A stretch of 64,000 nt of DNA from Alphaproteobacteria bacterium (GCA_963665325.3 CAXXWS020000002.1:1024001-1088000), one strand, 5' to 3'. Positions 35,649 to 44,927 are shown, counted from the first letter of the stretch. The notes: generated by a model not told the origin, from the letters alone. Translations and numbers: made by a program.

Positions 35649-35975
35649 TCAGCCCTTCTGCTTGCGGTCGCACAGGATTCCGGCGGCGATCGAACCCCAG
35701 ACCTGCATGCCGCCGCGGGTCTTCAGGCCAGTGCAGATGATGATCTCGGTGCAGGCGGGGCGCATCTCCCGGACCGCCTTCAGCGTGGCCGTGCTGCGTT
35801 TGGCCTTGCGCCGACTCTTCGCCGCGACCGCTTCGGCGGGGGCGGGAACGATGTCGCCGTCCGCGCGGGCCCGGAAGCGCTCGACCACATAGCGGTCGTC
35901 GGCCAGGCCGGTGCCGAAGAAATGAACCAGAAAGGTCTCCGCCGTGTTGCCGGGGATCGCCATGGCTGCCGTCAT
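35649..35975 (-). CDS. Hypothetical protein (108 aa)
   Basis: AAGGAGA RBS; co-oriented with the other leading-region genes. Confidence 0.6.
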   Translation of the reverse strand: MTAAMAIPGNTAETFLVHFFGTGLADDRYVVERFRARADGDIVPAPAEAVAAKSRRKAKRSTATLKAVREMRPACTEIIICTGLKTRGGMQVWGSIAAGILCDRKQKG

Positions 35976-36461
35976 GGTGCCGTCTCCTTCGTGCCGATGA
36001 GGGGAAACGGCGGCCGGACGCCCTCCCCGGACATCCGGCCGCCGCCCCGCTCACGGCCAACCCTCCCCTCTTGCCGGCGAGGAGCGCTCGGGCGGGGAGA
36101 CCGGGATGGAAGGCGGCGGGCCGGCAACACGTGTCGGGGCGCGGACGCTGGCATTGGTCTGCGTCACGATTGCTGACGGCGGTATTAACCGTGCATCAGC
36201 TTATCGCTGCCCGGCGCGATCGCCCGTGAGTCGGAGCGAAAGATGACCGGGCGTCTGCGGCAGAACGGTTGAGCCCCGCGAGCCAAAGCGACTACAAGGC
36301 CACCATGGGTTTCGTTGCCCACAGGATCGCGAAGGGGTGTCGATGAGCGTGGAACCGGGACCGGCGGGACCGCGTTTCGTGTTACGTTGGTCGCGAGGTA
36401 TCCGAGGGCGCGCGAGCGGCGGGCGGAGGTTCGATCGGGCAGGTCTTCAGGGAGCGAGCGC

Positions 36462-36749
36462 ATGAATAAGGCGGAACTTGTCGGCGACGTGGCCGCTCGA
36501 ACCGGATTGAGCCGGACGGATGCGGCCGGCGCGGTGGATGCGGTGTTCGAGGCGGTCACCGAGTCGCTTGGCCGGCGGGAGGAAGTGAGGATCGCCGGGT
36601 TCGGCCGGTTCGCCACCAGGTCCCGGCCCGCCCGTACCGCACGCAATCCGCGCACGGGTGAGCCCGTTGCGGTGGCGGCTTCGACCGCGCCGTCGTTCAA
36701 GCCGGCCAGGGCGCTCCGCGAGACCGTGAACGGCGGAGCCTCCTCGTGA
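36462..36749 (+). CDS. hup: HU-family DNA-binding protein
   Basis: MNKAELV...IAGFGRF...RTARNPRTGE...PSFKPARALRETVN. Confidence 0.93.
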   Translation: MNKAELVGDVAARTGLSRTDAAGAVDAVFEAVTESLGRREEVRIAGFGRFATRSRPARTARNPRTGEPVAVAASTAPSFKPARALRETVNGGASS

Positions 36750-36808
36750 GCCCGATCGGACCTTCGGTGCCAGAGTTCGTCATGTGCCGCGTTTGACGTC
36801 CGTGCAGA

Positions 36809-36940
36809 ATGCCCAAGGCACGTGATGCAATTCGCCTCGTCGAACGGGAGGGCTGGTCGCTAGTCCGGGTCAGCGATCGCCACCCAGCTTGAAGGGTTAC
36901 AAATCGCCCCGGCTCACTGGAAGTGGGACACTGAACTTGA
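36809..36940 (+). pseudogene. Decayed hicA toxin remnant
   Basis: MPKARDAIRLVEREGWSLVRVSDRH then stop; RVT and frameshifted LEVGTLN downstream resemble the HicA C-terminus. Confidence 0.5.
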
Positions 36941-37019
36941 TGCCGCACGAAAGTATATGGTGGGCATTTCGCCTGTTTGGTGTGGCGGTACTGCGATAGC
37001 GCAAGGAAGTTCGTGGCTG

Positions 37020-37262
37020 TTACAAGTCCAACCTCCGTAGGAGATCCTGGATGCCGACTCCGTGATGCCGGGCGATGCTCTTCAGGATGCTGGACAGCGT
37101 CTTCGCCCGGAGCGGGTCGTGCAGCGGGATGACCTCATGGTGCTCGCCTCCGGTCTGCGTCGTGATACGCACGTGCGAGCCGCGTTGGCGCACTTGCTCA
37201 TAGCCGATGCGACGAAGCGCCGCCACCAGGGTGGCGCCGCTCACGTCGCGCGGCAACTTCAT
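37020..37262 (-). CDS. hicA: HicA-family toxin
   Basis: KLPRDVSG...GYEQVRQRGSHVR...IPLHDPLRAKTLSSIL. Confidence 0.9.
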   Translation of the reverse strand: MKLPRDVSGATLVAALRRIGYEQVRQRGSHVRITTQTGGEHHEVIPLHDPLRAKTLSSILKSIARHHGVGIQDLLRRLDL

Positions 37263-37477
37263 GCCACCAGAACCTCGTCCCGTACGAAATGCAGCCGGAT
37301 CAGGCTCGGGCGCTCCATGCCGTCGTCGAAGTAGCAGTCCACCGCTTCTCGCACGTTGCGGCGGAGGTCTTCGAGGCTGTCGCCTTGGGTGTGGATGCCA
37401 AAGCCGAGCGCGCCGGCCGAGTAACCACCGTCCAACTCGTCCTCACTGACTTCGAAGATGATCTCCGTCCCGGACAT
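37259..37477 (-). CDS. hicB: Short HicB-like antitoxin
   Basis: EIIFEVSEDELDGGYSA...IHTQGDSLEDLRRNVREAVDCYF; overlaps hicA start. Confidence 0.85.
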   Translation of the reverse strand: MSGTEIIFEVSEDELDGGYSAGALGFGIHTQGDSLEDLRRNVREAVDCYFDDGMERPSLIRLHFVRDEVLVA

Positions 37478-37875
37478 TGGTGTCTCCACTTGCCGCTACG
37501 TTCATGCCGCCGCATTCGACGACCATCGCCCACAGTCGATCCTACCCTATGCGGAGCGGCGGTCGAGCGGATTCTTGTTTTGTCCGATCCGCGTGGGCGG
37601 TTTGCGGAGCAACGGACAAGGATATGGCTGTCCAGGCCCATGAATTCGGCATGGTTCCGGGGTTGAATTCAGCCGGTCGAATTGAAGACGGGCGCGCTAT
37701 GGCCAGTCTGTGAGCCCTCGACAGTCCTGCGCTGAGTCTACCCGTCCAACGCTCCGTGAGCATTACTTACGGCTGGCCGACATGACCATATACAGAAACT
37801 GCGTGGGCCCAGGGGCCAGGGGGCACGGATCATGTCGCCGGTTGTCTGGTAGAATCAAGGAAGCGGGGCGCCTCC

Positions 37876-39072
37876 CTATAGAACATCGGCGGCAATGCTG
37901 ACCGCTATCCTCTCAGCGGATTCCCTGACCGAGTCACGCGCGAGATGCGCATAGCGCGCGGTGGTTTCTATCCTGCGGTGGCCGAGCAGCCGGCCGATGA
38001 TCGGCAGGCCCTCGCCGAGCGCCAGCGCCCTGGACGCGAACGAATGTCGAATGTCGTGGATGCGCACGTCATCCAGCCCGGCCTTCGCGCGGATGCTCTG
38101 CCACGCCCCATCGATGTCGGCCATGTGCGTGCCCGGCTTCGCGCCCGGAACGACCCACGGATTGTCCGGTTCGCGCGGCAGGGCCGCGAGCACGTTCACC
38201 GCCGCCGGCGACAGGTGGACCGTGCGGTCGCCAGTCTTCCCGTTGACGATGCGCATCTCCGCCCTGTCGAGATCGACATGCTTCCAGGGCAGGGTCATGA
38301 TCTCGTTCTTGCGGCAGCCCGTCAGCATCAGCAGGCGGATCGTCGTGACCGCCCCCGCCGATACCTGGCTGCCGTTCCCCGACACCTCGTCGAGCACCTG
38401 CCCGAGGCGGGTGAACTCGGCGTCGGTCAGGAAGCGCTCGCGCTTCTTCTTCGGGTTCATTGGAATCGACCGGCACGGATCGTCGTGGTCCTCGGGGACC
38501 ATGTCCCAGCCCTTGGCGAGCTTGTACATGTAGGTCAGGGTCTCGACGACCATGTTGGCCATGGCGGGGATTTCGCACAGGCTCTCGTGCAGCGCCATGA
38601 CGTGGCGCCGCTCCACCGCCGCGATCGGCAGCTTGCCGAGCGCCGGCACGATGTGGCGGTTGACGACGCTGCGCGCGGTGCGCTGCGTCTTCGGCTTGCA
38701 GCGGGCCGCGACATGCTCTTCGAGATAGCGCCGCCCCAGGTCGGCGACGGTCGGCCCGCCGGCGTGTTTCGCAGGGAGCGGCAGGGGCACCGGATCCTCG
38801 CCGGCCTTGACGCGCGCGATGATGAGCGCGGCCCGCTGGCGCGCCTCGGTGGCGCTCAGCACCGGATGGCGCCCGACCGTGATGCGCCTCGGCCGGTTGG
38901 GCCTGCCCGGCCCGTCGGGACCGCGCGCCTGGGCGACGAAGACCTTGCCGCCGGTCGGGTATACCCGGACGCCGAAGCCGGTCAGGGTGCGGTCCCAGAA
39001 CACCGTGTCGCGCTCGACGAAAAGCGCCTCCACCGTGCGGTTGGAGAGCGTCCTGTATTGCAGCACCGCCAT
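37876..39072 (-). CDS. Tyrosine integrase with N-terminal arm-binding domain (intact)
   Basis: WDRTLTGFGVRV; catalytic TGCR, KTG, HDIRH, LGH, TARY. Confidence 0.95.
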   Translation of the reverse strand: MAVLQYRTLSNRTVEALFVERDTVFWDRTLTGFGVRVYPTGGKVFVAQARGPDGPGRPNRPRRITVGRHPVLSATEARQRAALIIARVKAGEDPVPLPLPAKHAGGPTVADLGRRYLEEHVAARCKPKTQRTARSVVNRHIVPALGKLPIAAVERRHVMALHESLCEIPAMANMVVETLTYMYKLAKGWDMVPEDHDDPCRSIPMNPKKKRERFLTDAEFTRLGQVLDEVSGNGSQVSAGAVTTIRLLMLTGCRKNEIMTLPWKHVDLDRAEMRIVNGKTGDRTVHLSPAAVNVLAALPREPDNPWVVPGAKPGTHMADIDGAWQSIRAKAGLDDVRIHDIRHSFASRALALGEGLPIIGRLLGHRRIETTARYAHLARDSVRESAERIAVSIAADVL

Positions 39073-39084
39073 CGCCCGCGCCTC

Positions 39085-40269
39085 CTATGCCGCCTCGGCG
39101 TCCGGCGCCGCGAGGTGGGCGCCGATGCTGTCTCCGGTGCGCGCCGCGGCGGCCTTCTCCGCGTCGTGCACGAGATGCGCATACCGGGCGGTGGTGCCGA
39201 CCTTGGAATGGCCGAGTATGCGCCCGATCATCGTCAGGCTCTCGCCGAGGGCCAGCGCGCGCGAGGCGTGCGAATGACGAAGATCGTGGATGCGCACGCC
39301 CTCGATGCCGGCATGGTCCTTGATGCGGTTCCAGTAGTAGGTGAGGTCGGGCAGGCAGATGCCGGGCTTCTGGCTCGGGATGACCCACGGATTGCCTTCG
39401 ACGCGCTCGATGCCGTCGAGCACCTTCAGGGCCGGCGTGGTCAGCGGCACCATGCGCGGGCCACGCTTGCCGTCGCGGAGCCGGAACTCGCCGGCGGTGT
39501 GGTCGACGTCGTCCCATCGGAGTGTGAGGATCTCGGACTTGCGGCAGCCGGTCAGCATCAGCAGCCGGATCGCGGCGATCGCCGGCGGCCACATCCAGCC
39601 TCCGGCCTCGGCTTCCCTGAGCGCCGCGCCGACGCGGCGGTACTCCTCCGCCGTCAAGAACCGCTCGCGGGCCTGCTCGCGGTAGTGCCGGACCATCCTG
39701 CAGGGATTGCGGCCGCGGGGCACCAGTTCCCATGTCTCGGCGAGCGAGAACATCTTCGAGAGCATCGAGACGACGTGGTTGGCCATCGAGGGCGTGTTGC
39801 GCAGGCGGTCGTGGAGCTCGATGACGTGGCTCGACCGCACGTCCTTCACCGCCATGGTTCCGAGCGCGGGGACGATGTGCCGGTCGATGGCGGTGCGGTA
39901 GAGCTTCTCCGTCTTCGGCTTGCAGTGGACCTTCACGTAGGCGCGCATCGCGCGCGCCGCGAGGTCGGCGACGGTGGGGTCCGGTTCCGGCTTCGGAGGC
40001 AGCGGCTCCAGTCCGCGCTTGATGCGGTCGATGACCTCGGCCGCCTCGCGGCGTCTCTGATCGATCGCCTTCCCGGGGACGGGTCCAAGGGTGACGCGCT
40101 TGAGGCCGGCGGGACCGCGCGACTGGACGACATAGACCTTGCGGCCGTTACGCTGGACGCGGACGCCGAAACCGGCGAGGTCGCGGTCCCAATGAACGGC
40201 GTCCCTGCCGGTCGCCGGCAGGGCGGCGACGCTGCGGGTGGTGAGGCGGAGGGTGCTTCTCTTCGGCAT
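39085..40269 (-). CDS. Tyrosine integrase with N-terminal arm-binding domain (intact)
   Basis: WDRDLAGFGVRV; TGCR, KRG, HDLRH, LGH, TARY. Confidence 0.95.
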   Translation of the reverse strand: MPKRSTLRLTTRSVAALPATGRDAVHWDRDLAGFGVRVQRNGRKVYVVQSRGPAGLKRVTLGPVPGKAIDQRRREAAEVIDRIKRGLEPLPPKPEPDPTVADLAARAMRAYVKVHCKPKTEKLYRTAIDRHIVPALGTMAVKDVRSSHVIELHDRLRNTPSMANHVVSMLSKMFSLAETWELVPRGRNPCRMVRHYREQARERFLTAEEYRRVGAALREAEAGGWMWPPAIAAIRLLMLTGCRKSEILTLRWDDVDHTAGEFRLRDGKRGPRMVPLTTPALKVLDGIERVEGNPWVIPSQKPGICLPDLTYYWNRIKDHAGIEGVRIHDLRHSHASRALALGESLTMIGRILGHSKVGTTARYAHLVHDAEKAAAARTGDSIGAHLAAPDAEAA

Positions 40270-40445
40270 GGCGGTCCCCGGGGTCGCGGCGGCTCGATTC
40301 GGCTCCGAATTGGAAGGTTGCAAATTGAGTCATCAAACCGCAAACGAGCGGCATCAACCTGTGGGGATAGCCTAGGCCGGCTCTGGCCTCAATTCAAGGG
40401 GTCGTGGGTGCCGAGGAAAGAGAAAAACCTATGTAAGACGCTAAG

Positions 40446-41285
40446 TTAGGCCGCACATGGCCGCGATAGGAACCGGGAGGACTTGGCTGGCCGAGGGACG
40501 AAAAAATCGCCTGTCTTGGTGTCGGGGAGATGCAAATGCCCGTCCCGGTAGTCGGACCATCTGAGCGTCAGGATTTCGCTCTTGCGACACCCGGTAAGCA
40601 GCAGCAGGCGGATGAGCGCGGCCTGTCCGGGGCAACGTGCCTCATGCGCAGTCAACCTTTCCGACAGGCGGCGGATTTCGTCGTCGGACAGGAAACGCTC
40701 CCGGCCCTTGCGGCGGTAGCGCCTGATGCCCCGGCAGGGATTGGAGCCCTCGGGCCGCAGGCCCATCCGCTCCGCCTCCCTCATGATGACGGACAGAACC
40801 GGCATGGACCTGTCCGCGGCAACCGGCGTCGCGTGCAGGCGGGCGAACCAGTTCCGTACCTCCTGCCGGTCGATGTCGGCGATCGGCCGCCCGGCGAAAT
40901 ACGGCAGCAGCTGGTTGCGAAGATAGTAGCGATTGACGGACAGCGTCCCCGGCTTCCAGAGCCGCTCGTAATGCCCGAACGTCGCCTCGGCGACGGCTTC
41001 GAAGACAGTCTCGCCGGGCGCGTGGAGCATGTCCTCGCCGCGCCGGACGGCGGCAAGCATTTCAGTAGCCGAAGCCCGCGCCTCCGTGACGTTCATGCTC
41101 CCGGCCTCGCCGACGATCCTCCAGGTCCGTTCGCCCCGATGCTGGCACTGGATGAAGAACTGCTTGCGGCCCGACGGCGACACGCGCACGCCGAACCCCC
41201 TGAGCTTGCCGTCACGGAAGTCGCGGACTGTCTTGCGCGATTTGAGCGCCCTTACGCGGGCGTCGGTGAGGATGGTTGCAGGCAT
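40446..41285 (-). pseudogene. 3'-truncated tyrosine integrase
   Basis: GFGVRV and TGCRKSEI present; homology ends after DTKTG (~40510); HxxR and catalytic Tyr absent. Confidence 0.85.
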
Positions 41286-41388
41286 GCCTTTTCTCCCGGC
41301 TCCGGTGGCAGCCGGGGAACAGGCAGTTGCATCCCGCTTCCCCGACCGCTATATTTTCGGGAGAAAAAAACAACACTAAGTCAGATAA

Positions 41389-41769
41389 TTAGCACCCACC
41401 GGTGCGCTCCTCGGTGTAGAACCTGACGGCGAAGTCCTGCGGATTGCGTATGGCGTTAACAGCGCGCTGGGAACGGTCGGCAGTGGAGAAACGTACGAAA
41501 ATTTCAGTGCGCTTTCCGACCTCCGAAAACATACGCATCCGAGTGTAGCGCGGCACTTCGGGATTGGTAACCTCGAAAACCCCGCAAGCGCTCAGGTCAA
41601 ACGGATGGGCCGCCCCTTCCGGAACACGCTCGCGGTTGAACCGGGCTAACTTCTCGATCAGCTGCCGGTCCTGCAGCAGGAGCGGGCCCCTTGGGCCGGC
41701 GCCCAAGATGTTTTGGTTGTCTGACGCCGGGTCTCCGGGCCCGGTGGCCGGATCGTTGGAACTGCGCAT
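41389..41769 (-). pseudogene. N-terminal fragment of a monofunctional heme catalase, degenerate
   Basis: DNQN...AGPRGPLLLQD..LIEKLARFNRERVPE, VRFST, FAVRFYTEE then abrupt end. Confidence 0.88.
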
Positions 41770-41839
41770 TTCTTCTTGCGCCTCCTCGCATCGATAGCGT
41801 TTCGCCGAAGCGTTGATGCGATGATTCCGCGAAGTCAGC

Positions 41840-41900
41840 TACAATTCCAATGGAATATAATTATGAGTTCGATAAATTACTATTATAGATAGATGCTGTC
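41840..41900. promoter_or_regulatory. AT-rich regulatory patch upstream of the catalase fragment (possible OxyR or iron-regulator site)
   Basis: ATTCCAATGGAAT palindrome and ATAG-N7-CTGT in an otherwise GC-rich context. Confidence 0.35.
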
Positions 41901-42094
41901 TCTGCCGACTCTCATTTGGCAGTTCATGAGGTCTTGGGGACGAAATCTGTCTGGATTAGAGCAGCGGCTGAAGACATAAGACCGGACCATGCTTCGTCGA
42001 GGTTTTCGTACCGTAAAGCGAAGGAACTGTCCGTTGCCCCCCGCAGTCGTTCCGGCGCCCGGCGGCGTTGTCCCCGAACAAGGTGACGGCGCGT

Positions 42095-42541
42095 TCAGTC
42101 GGCCCCTCGCCAGCGGTCCCGCGCCTCGTCGTCGTCCGTGCGTGCGGCAACCCAGCGTTCGCCGTCCCGGTCTTCCTCGCGCTTCCAGAAAGGTGCCTCG
42201 GTCTTGAGCCAGTCCATCAGGAAGTTGCAGCTGTCGAAGGCGGCCTGGCGGTGGGCCGAGGCGGTGATCGTCAGCACGATGGGGTCGCCGGGCTCCAGAC
42301 GACCGTAGCGGTGGACGATCAGCGATGCCTCCAGGGGCCAGCGTCGGTGCGCTTCGGCGTCGATGCGTTCGAGCTGGCGCTCCGTCATGCCTGGATAATG
42401 CTCCAGTGTCATGGAGCGAAGGCCGCCCAGGTCGCGCACGAGGCCCACGAAACTGGCAACACCGCCGATGCGGGTGTTGCCGGCGGTGAGCTCTGCAATC
42501 TCGCGCCCGACATCGAAGGCTTCGCGCTGGACCCGGATCAT
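42095..42541 (-). CDS. moaE: Molybdopterin synthase catalytic subunit
   Basis: FVGLVRD, LEHYPGMTE, HRYGRL, MDWLKTEAPFWKRE. Confidence 0.95.
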   Translation of the reverse strand: MIRVQREAFDVGREIAELTAGNTRIGGVASFVGLVRDLGGLRSMTLEHYPGMTERQLERIDAEAHRRWPLEASLIVHRYGRLEPGDPIVLTITASAHRQAAFDSCNFLMDWLKTEAPFWKREEDRDGERWVAARTDDDEARDRWRGAD

Positions 42542-42545
42542 CGCG

Positions 42546-42797
42546 TCAACCTCCGGTAACCGGGGGGAAAAAAGCCACCTCGTCGCTGGGCCCGACGGGG
42601 GTGTCGGCCTCGGCGAAGTCCTGGTTGACCGCGAAACGGACGACCGAGCGGTCGGCGAAAACATCCGCCTGCCTTTCGTCCTGCGACGCCAGCCAGTCGA
42701 TCAGCGCGCCGACGGTTGCGACGCTGGGTGGGGGTGAAACCTCATGCTCCGATATGCCGGCCTTGTCGCGTAACCAGGCGAAATAGAGGATTTTCAC
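42546..42797 (-). CDS. moaD: Molybdopterin synthase sulfur carrier
   Basis: KILYFAWLRD...EVAFFPPVTGG. Confidence 0.96.
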   Translation of the reverse strand: MKILYFAWLRDKAGISEHEVSPPPSVATVGALIDWLASQDERQADVFADRSVVRFAVNQDFAEADTPVGPSDEVAFFPPVTGG

Positions 42798-43306
42798 AGG
42801 CGCAACTCCAGCCGGTCGACGATGAAATCGGCGATGGCGTCCGGATCGTCAAGGTCGAGGGCCGGGAGGCCGTCCGCCCGCACCCTCTCCGCGGTTTCGC
42901 TGTCGCAGGCGACGGCAACCGTGTCGGGGTCCCCGGGCCAGAGCGGCTGGCCCGCGGCCGCCGCGCGGTGAACCACCAGCTTGGGGTGCGGCTCGCGCTT
43001 GTAGCCCTCGACCAGTACGAGGTCCACGGGCGCAAGCCTTCCCAGCAGCTCCGTCAGCGGCGGTTCGGCTTCCTCGCGCAGCTCGTGCATCAGCGCCCAG
43101 CGCCGGCCGGACGCGACCAGCACCTCCCGGGCTCCGGCCTGCCGGTGTTCCCAGGAATCCTTGCCGGGCTTGTCGACATCGAAATTGTGGTGGGCGTGCT
43201 TGACGGTCGAGACCGCGACGCCGCGTTGCAGCAGCGCCGGAATGAGCTTCAGCACGAGCGTGGTCTTGCCGCTGCCGCTCCAGCCTGCAATGCCGAGCAC
43301 TTTCAT
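42794..43306 (-). CDS. mobB: Molybdopterin-guanine dinucleotide biosynthesis protein B
   Basis: GWSGSGKTT, KHAHHNFDVDKPGKDS, LVEGYK. Confidence 0.95.
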   Translation of the reverse strand: MKVLGIAGWSGSGKTTLVLKLIPALLQRGVAVSTVKHAHHNFDVDKPGKDSWEHRQAGAREVLVASGRRWALMHELREEAEPPLTELLGRLAPVDLVLVEGYKREPHPKLVVHRAAAAGQPLWPGDPDTVAVACDSETAERVRADGLPALDLDDPDAIADFIVDRLELRL

Positions 43307-43830
43307 CCGGCCGCGCCCAGCGCCTTGCGGACATAGCCTGCGCCCGTCCAGAGCGTGAGCAGGGCGACGACCCAGAGCAGGACGACACCGACCCCGTGCG
43401 TCGCCGGTGGCAGTCCGGGGCTCGCGATCAGCAGGGTCAGCGCCGCCATCTGCGCCGCCGACTTGTATTTCGCGATGCGGGTAACCGGCAGCGCGCCGCT
43501 GCCGGCCGTCTCGCGCAGGCCGGACACGATAAATTCGCGCGCGAGGATCAGCACGGCCGCCAGCGTGCCCCAGACCCCGAGGCCGCCCAGGCCGGCCAGC
43601 AGCAGCGCCGTCCCGTTCACCAGCACCTTGTCCGCGATCGGGTCGACCATGGCCCCGAAGGCGGTCACCTTTCCCTGCTGTCGGGCGAGGTAGCCGTCGA
43701 AGAAGTCCGTTGCGGCTGCGGCGACGAACAGGGCCGCCGCCCACCAGCTCTCACCCGTCGCGAGCAGCAACGCAAGCGGCAGCAAAGCCGCTATTCTCGA
43801 CAGACTGAGCAGGTTCGGCAGGTCGAGCAT
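43303..43830 (-). CDS. pgsA: CDP-diacylglycerol--glycerol-3-phosphate phosphatidyltransferase
   Basis: LPNLLSLSRI, TDFFDGYLAR...FGAMVDPIADK, REFIVSGLRE. Confidence 0.93.
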   Translation of the reverse strand: MLDLPNLLSLSRIAALLPLALLLATGESWWAAALFVAAAATDFFDGYLARQQGKVTAFGAMVDPIADKVLVNGTALLLAGLGGLGVWGTLAAVLILAREFIVSGLRETAGSGALPVTRIAKYKSAAQMAALTLLIASPGLPPATHGVGVVLLWVVALLTLWTGAGYVRKALGAAG

Positions 43831-43916
43831 GGCCCCGAATTCGCTATCCGAACTGGGCCGGCAGTATGCGGCGGGGACCGTGTTCCGCGCAAGGCGGCCT
43901 GGTCTTTTCTGAGCGG

Positions 43917-44927
43917 CTACAGATAAGGAATTACATCCCGACCGAAGCGCTCGATGGCCGTCACGATCTCGCGGTGCGGCGGCCCGCCGGAATGGGCGTG
44001 CCGGAGCCTGAGGATGAAGCTCGACACGCCGAGGGCCTCGGACCAGCGCTTGAACTCGGCGATACAGGCTTCAGGCGCGCCGGCGATGATCCGGTCCTTC
44101 CAGACGTTTTCGAACCGGAGCTCGGCTTCCGAAGCGAAGCCGCGAAAGGCGGTGGCGCCGTTCCGCCAGTAGTAACGATAGGCGTCCGAGACTTCGGGGC
44201 CGTAGATGCGGGCGGCTTCCTCGAAGCTGTCCGCCACCCAGGCGTCGCGCATGAGCACGAGTTGGGGCGCCCTTCCGGCGGCTTCCGCTGCGGCGCGGTA
44301 GCGGTCTGCCAGCGCCCGGTTTTCGTCCAGCGTGAAGGAAGGCCCAAGCACCAGAGCGTCGCCCAGCCGTCCGGCGCGCTCGACGGCGGCCGGAACCCAG
44401 CCGCCGACCCAGATCGGGATGCCGGGCTGCTGCAGGGGCGCCGGTGTCACCCGCACGCCGTCGATCTCGAAGGCCCGGCCCTTGTGGTCGATCGGCCCGC
44501 CGGTCCAGGCCTGGCGCAGGATTTCCACGGATTCCTCGAAGCGGGGGACACGCTCGCGCCTGTCGATGCCGGCTGCGCGGAAGTCCGCCTCCTGGTAGCC
44601 GAGGCCGACGCCCAGCACGGTGCGTCCGCCGGAAACGATGTCGAGCGTCGCGGCGTCCTCGGCGACCCGAATGGGGTGATGCAGCGGCAGAAGCAGCACA
44701 GCGGTGCCGACGCGGATGCGGCTGGTGCGGGCCGCAATGGCCGCCAGAACCACGAAAGGCGACGGCAGGAAGCCGTCCTTGTCCTGATGGTGCTCGCCGA
44801 CGAAGAAACCCGAGAAGCCCGCCGCTTCCGCTGCCTCCGCCTCCCGAACGGCCTCCGCCATGCAGCGGTCGAGGCCGTCTCCGTGCGGCGGATTGGCAAC
44901 GGAACTGTAAATGGCGAGGTCGATCAT
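43917..44927 (-). CDS. LLM-class flavin-dependent oxidoreductase
   Basis: GEHH, AARTSRIRVGTAVLLLPLHHPIRVAEDAATLD..SGGR. Confidence 0.9.
   Translation of the reverse strand: MIDLAIYSSVANPPHGDGLDRCMAEAVREAEAAEAAGFSGFFVGEHHQDKDGFLPSPFVVLAAIAARTSRIRVGTAVLLLPLHHPIRVAEDAATLDIVSGGRTVLGVGLGYQEADFRAAGIDRRERVPRFEESVEILRQAWTGGPIDHKGRAFEIDGVRVTPAPLQQPGIPIWVGGWVPAAVERAGRLGDALVLGPSFTLDENRALADRYRAAAEAAGRAPQLVLMRDAWVADSFEEAARIYGPEVSDAYRYYWRNGATAFRGFASEAELRFENVWKDRIIAGAPEACIAEFKRWSEALGVSSFILRLRHAHSGGPPHREIVTAIERFGRDVIPYL

Larger units (their letters stand above)
1..41400. mobile_element. Integrative conjugative element (MPF-F T4SS, MOBF relaxase, tyrosine integrases); left end outside window, right end approximate
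   Basis: Complete tra cluster, coupling protein, relaxase, oriT, excisionase and integrases next to housekeeping genes; no replication initiator seen. Confidence 0.85.

Noticed and set aside
37490-37875. Short ORFs between hicB and the integrase
   Set aside because: No recognisable motif or convincing RBS
37876-41285. Classic RIT element or integron
   Set aside because: The proteins have arm-binding N-termini and are same-family paralogues; no RIT terminal inverted repeats, IntI-specific insertion or attC array seen
40270-42095. tRNA/tmRNA integration target
   Set aside because: No cloverleaf or TTCGAA T-loop with a CCA end found by eye
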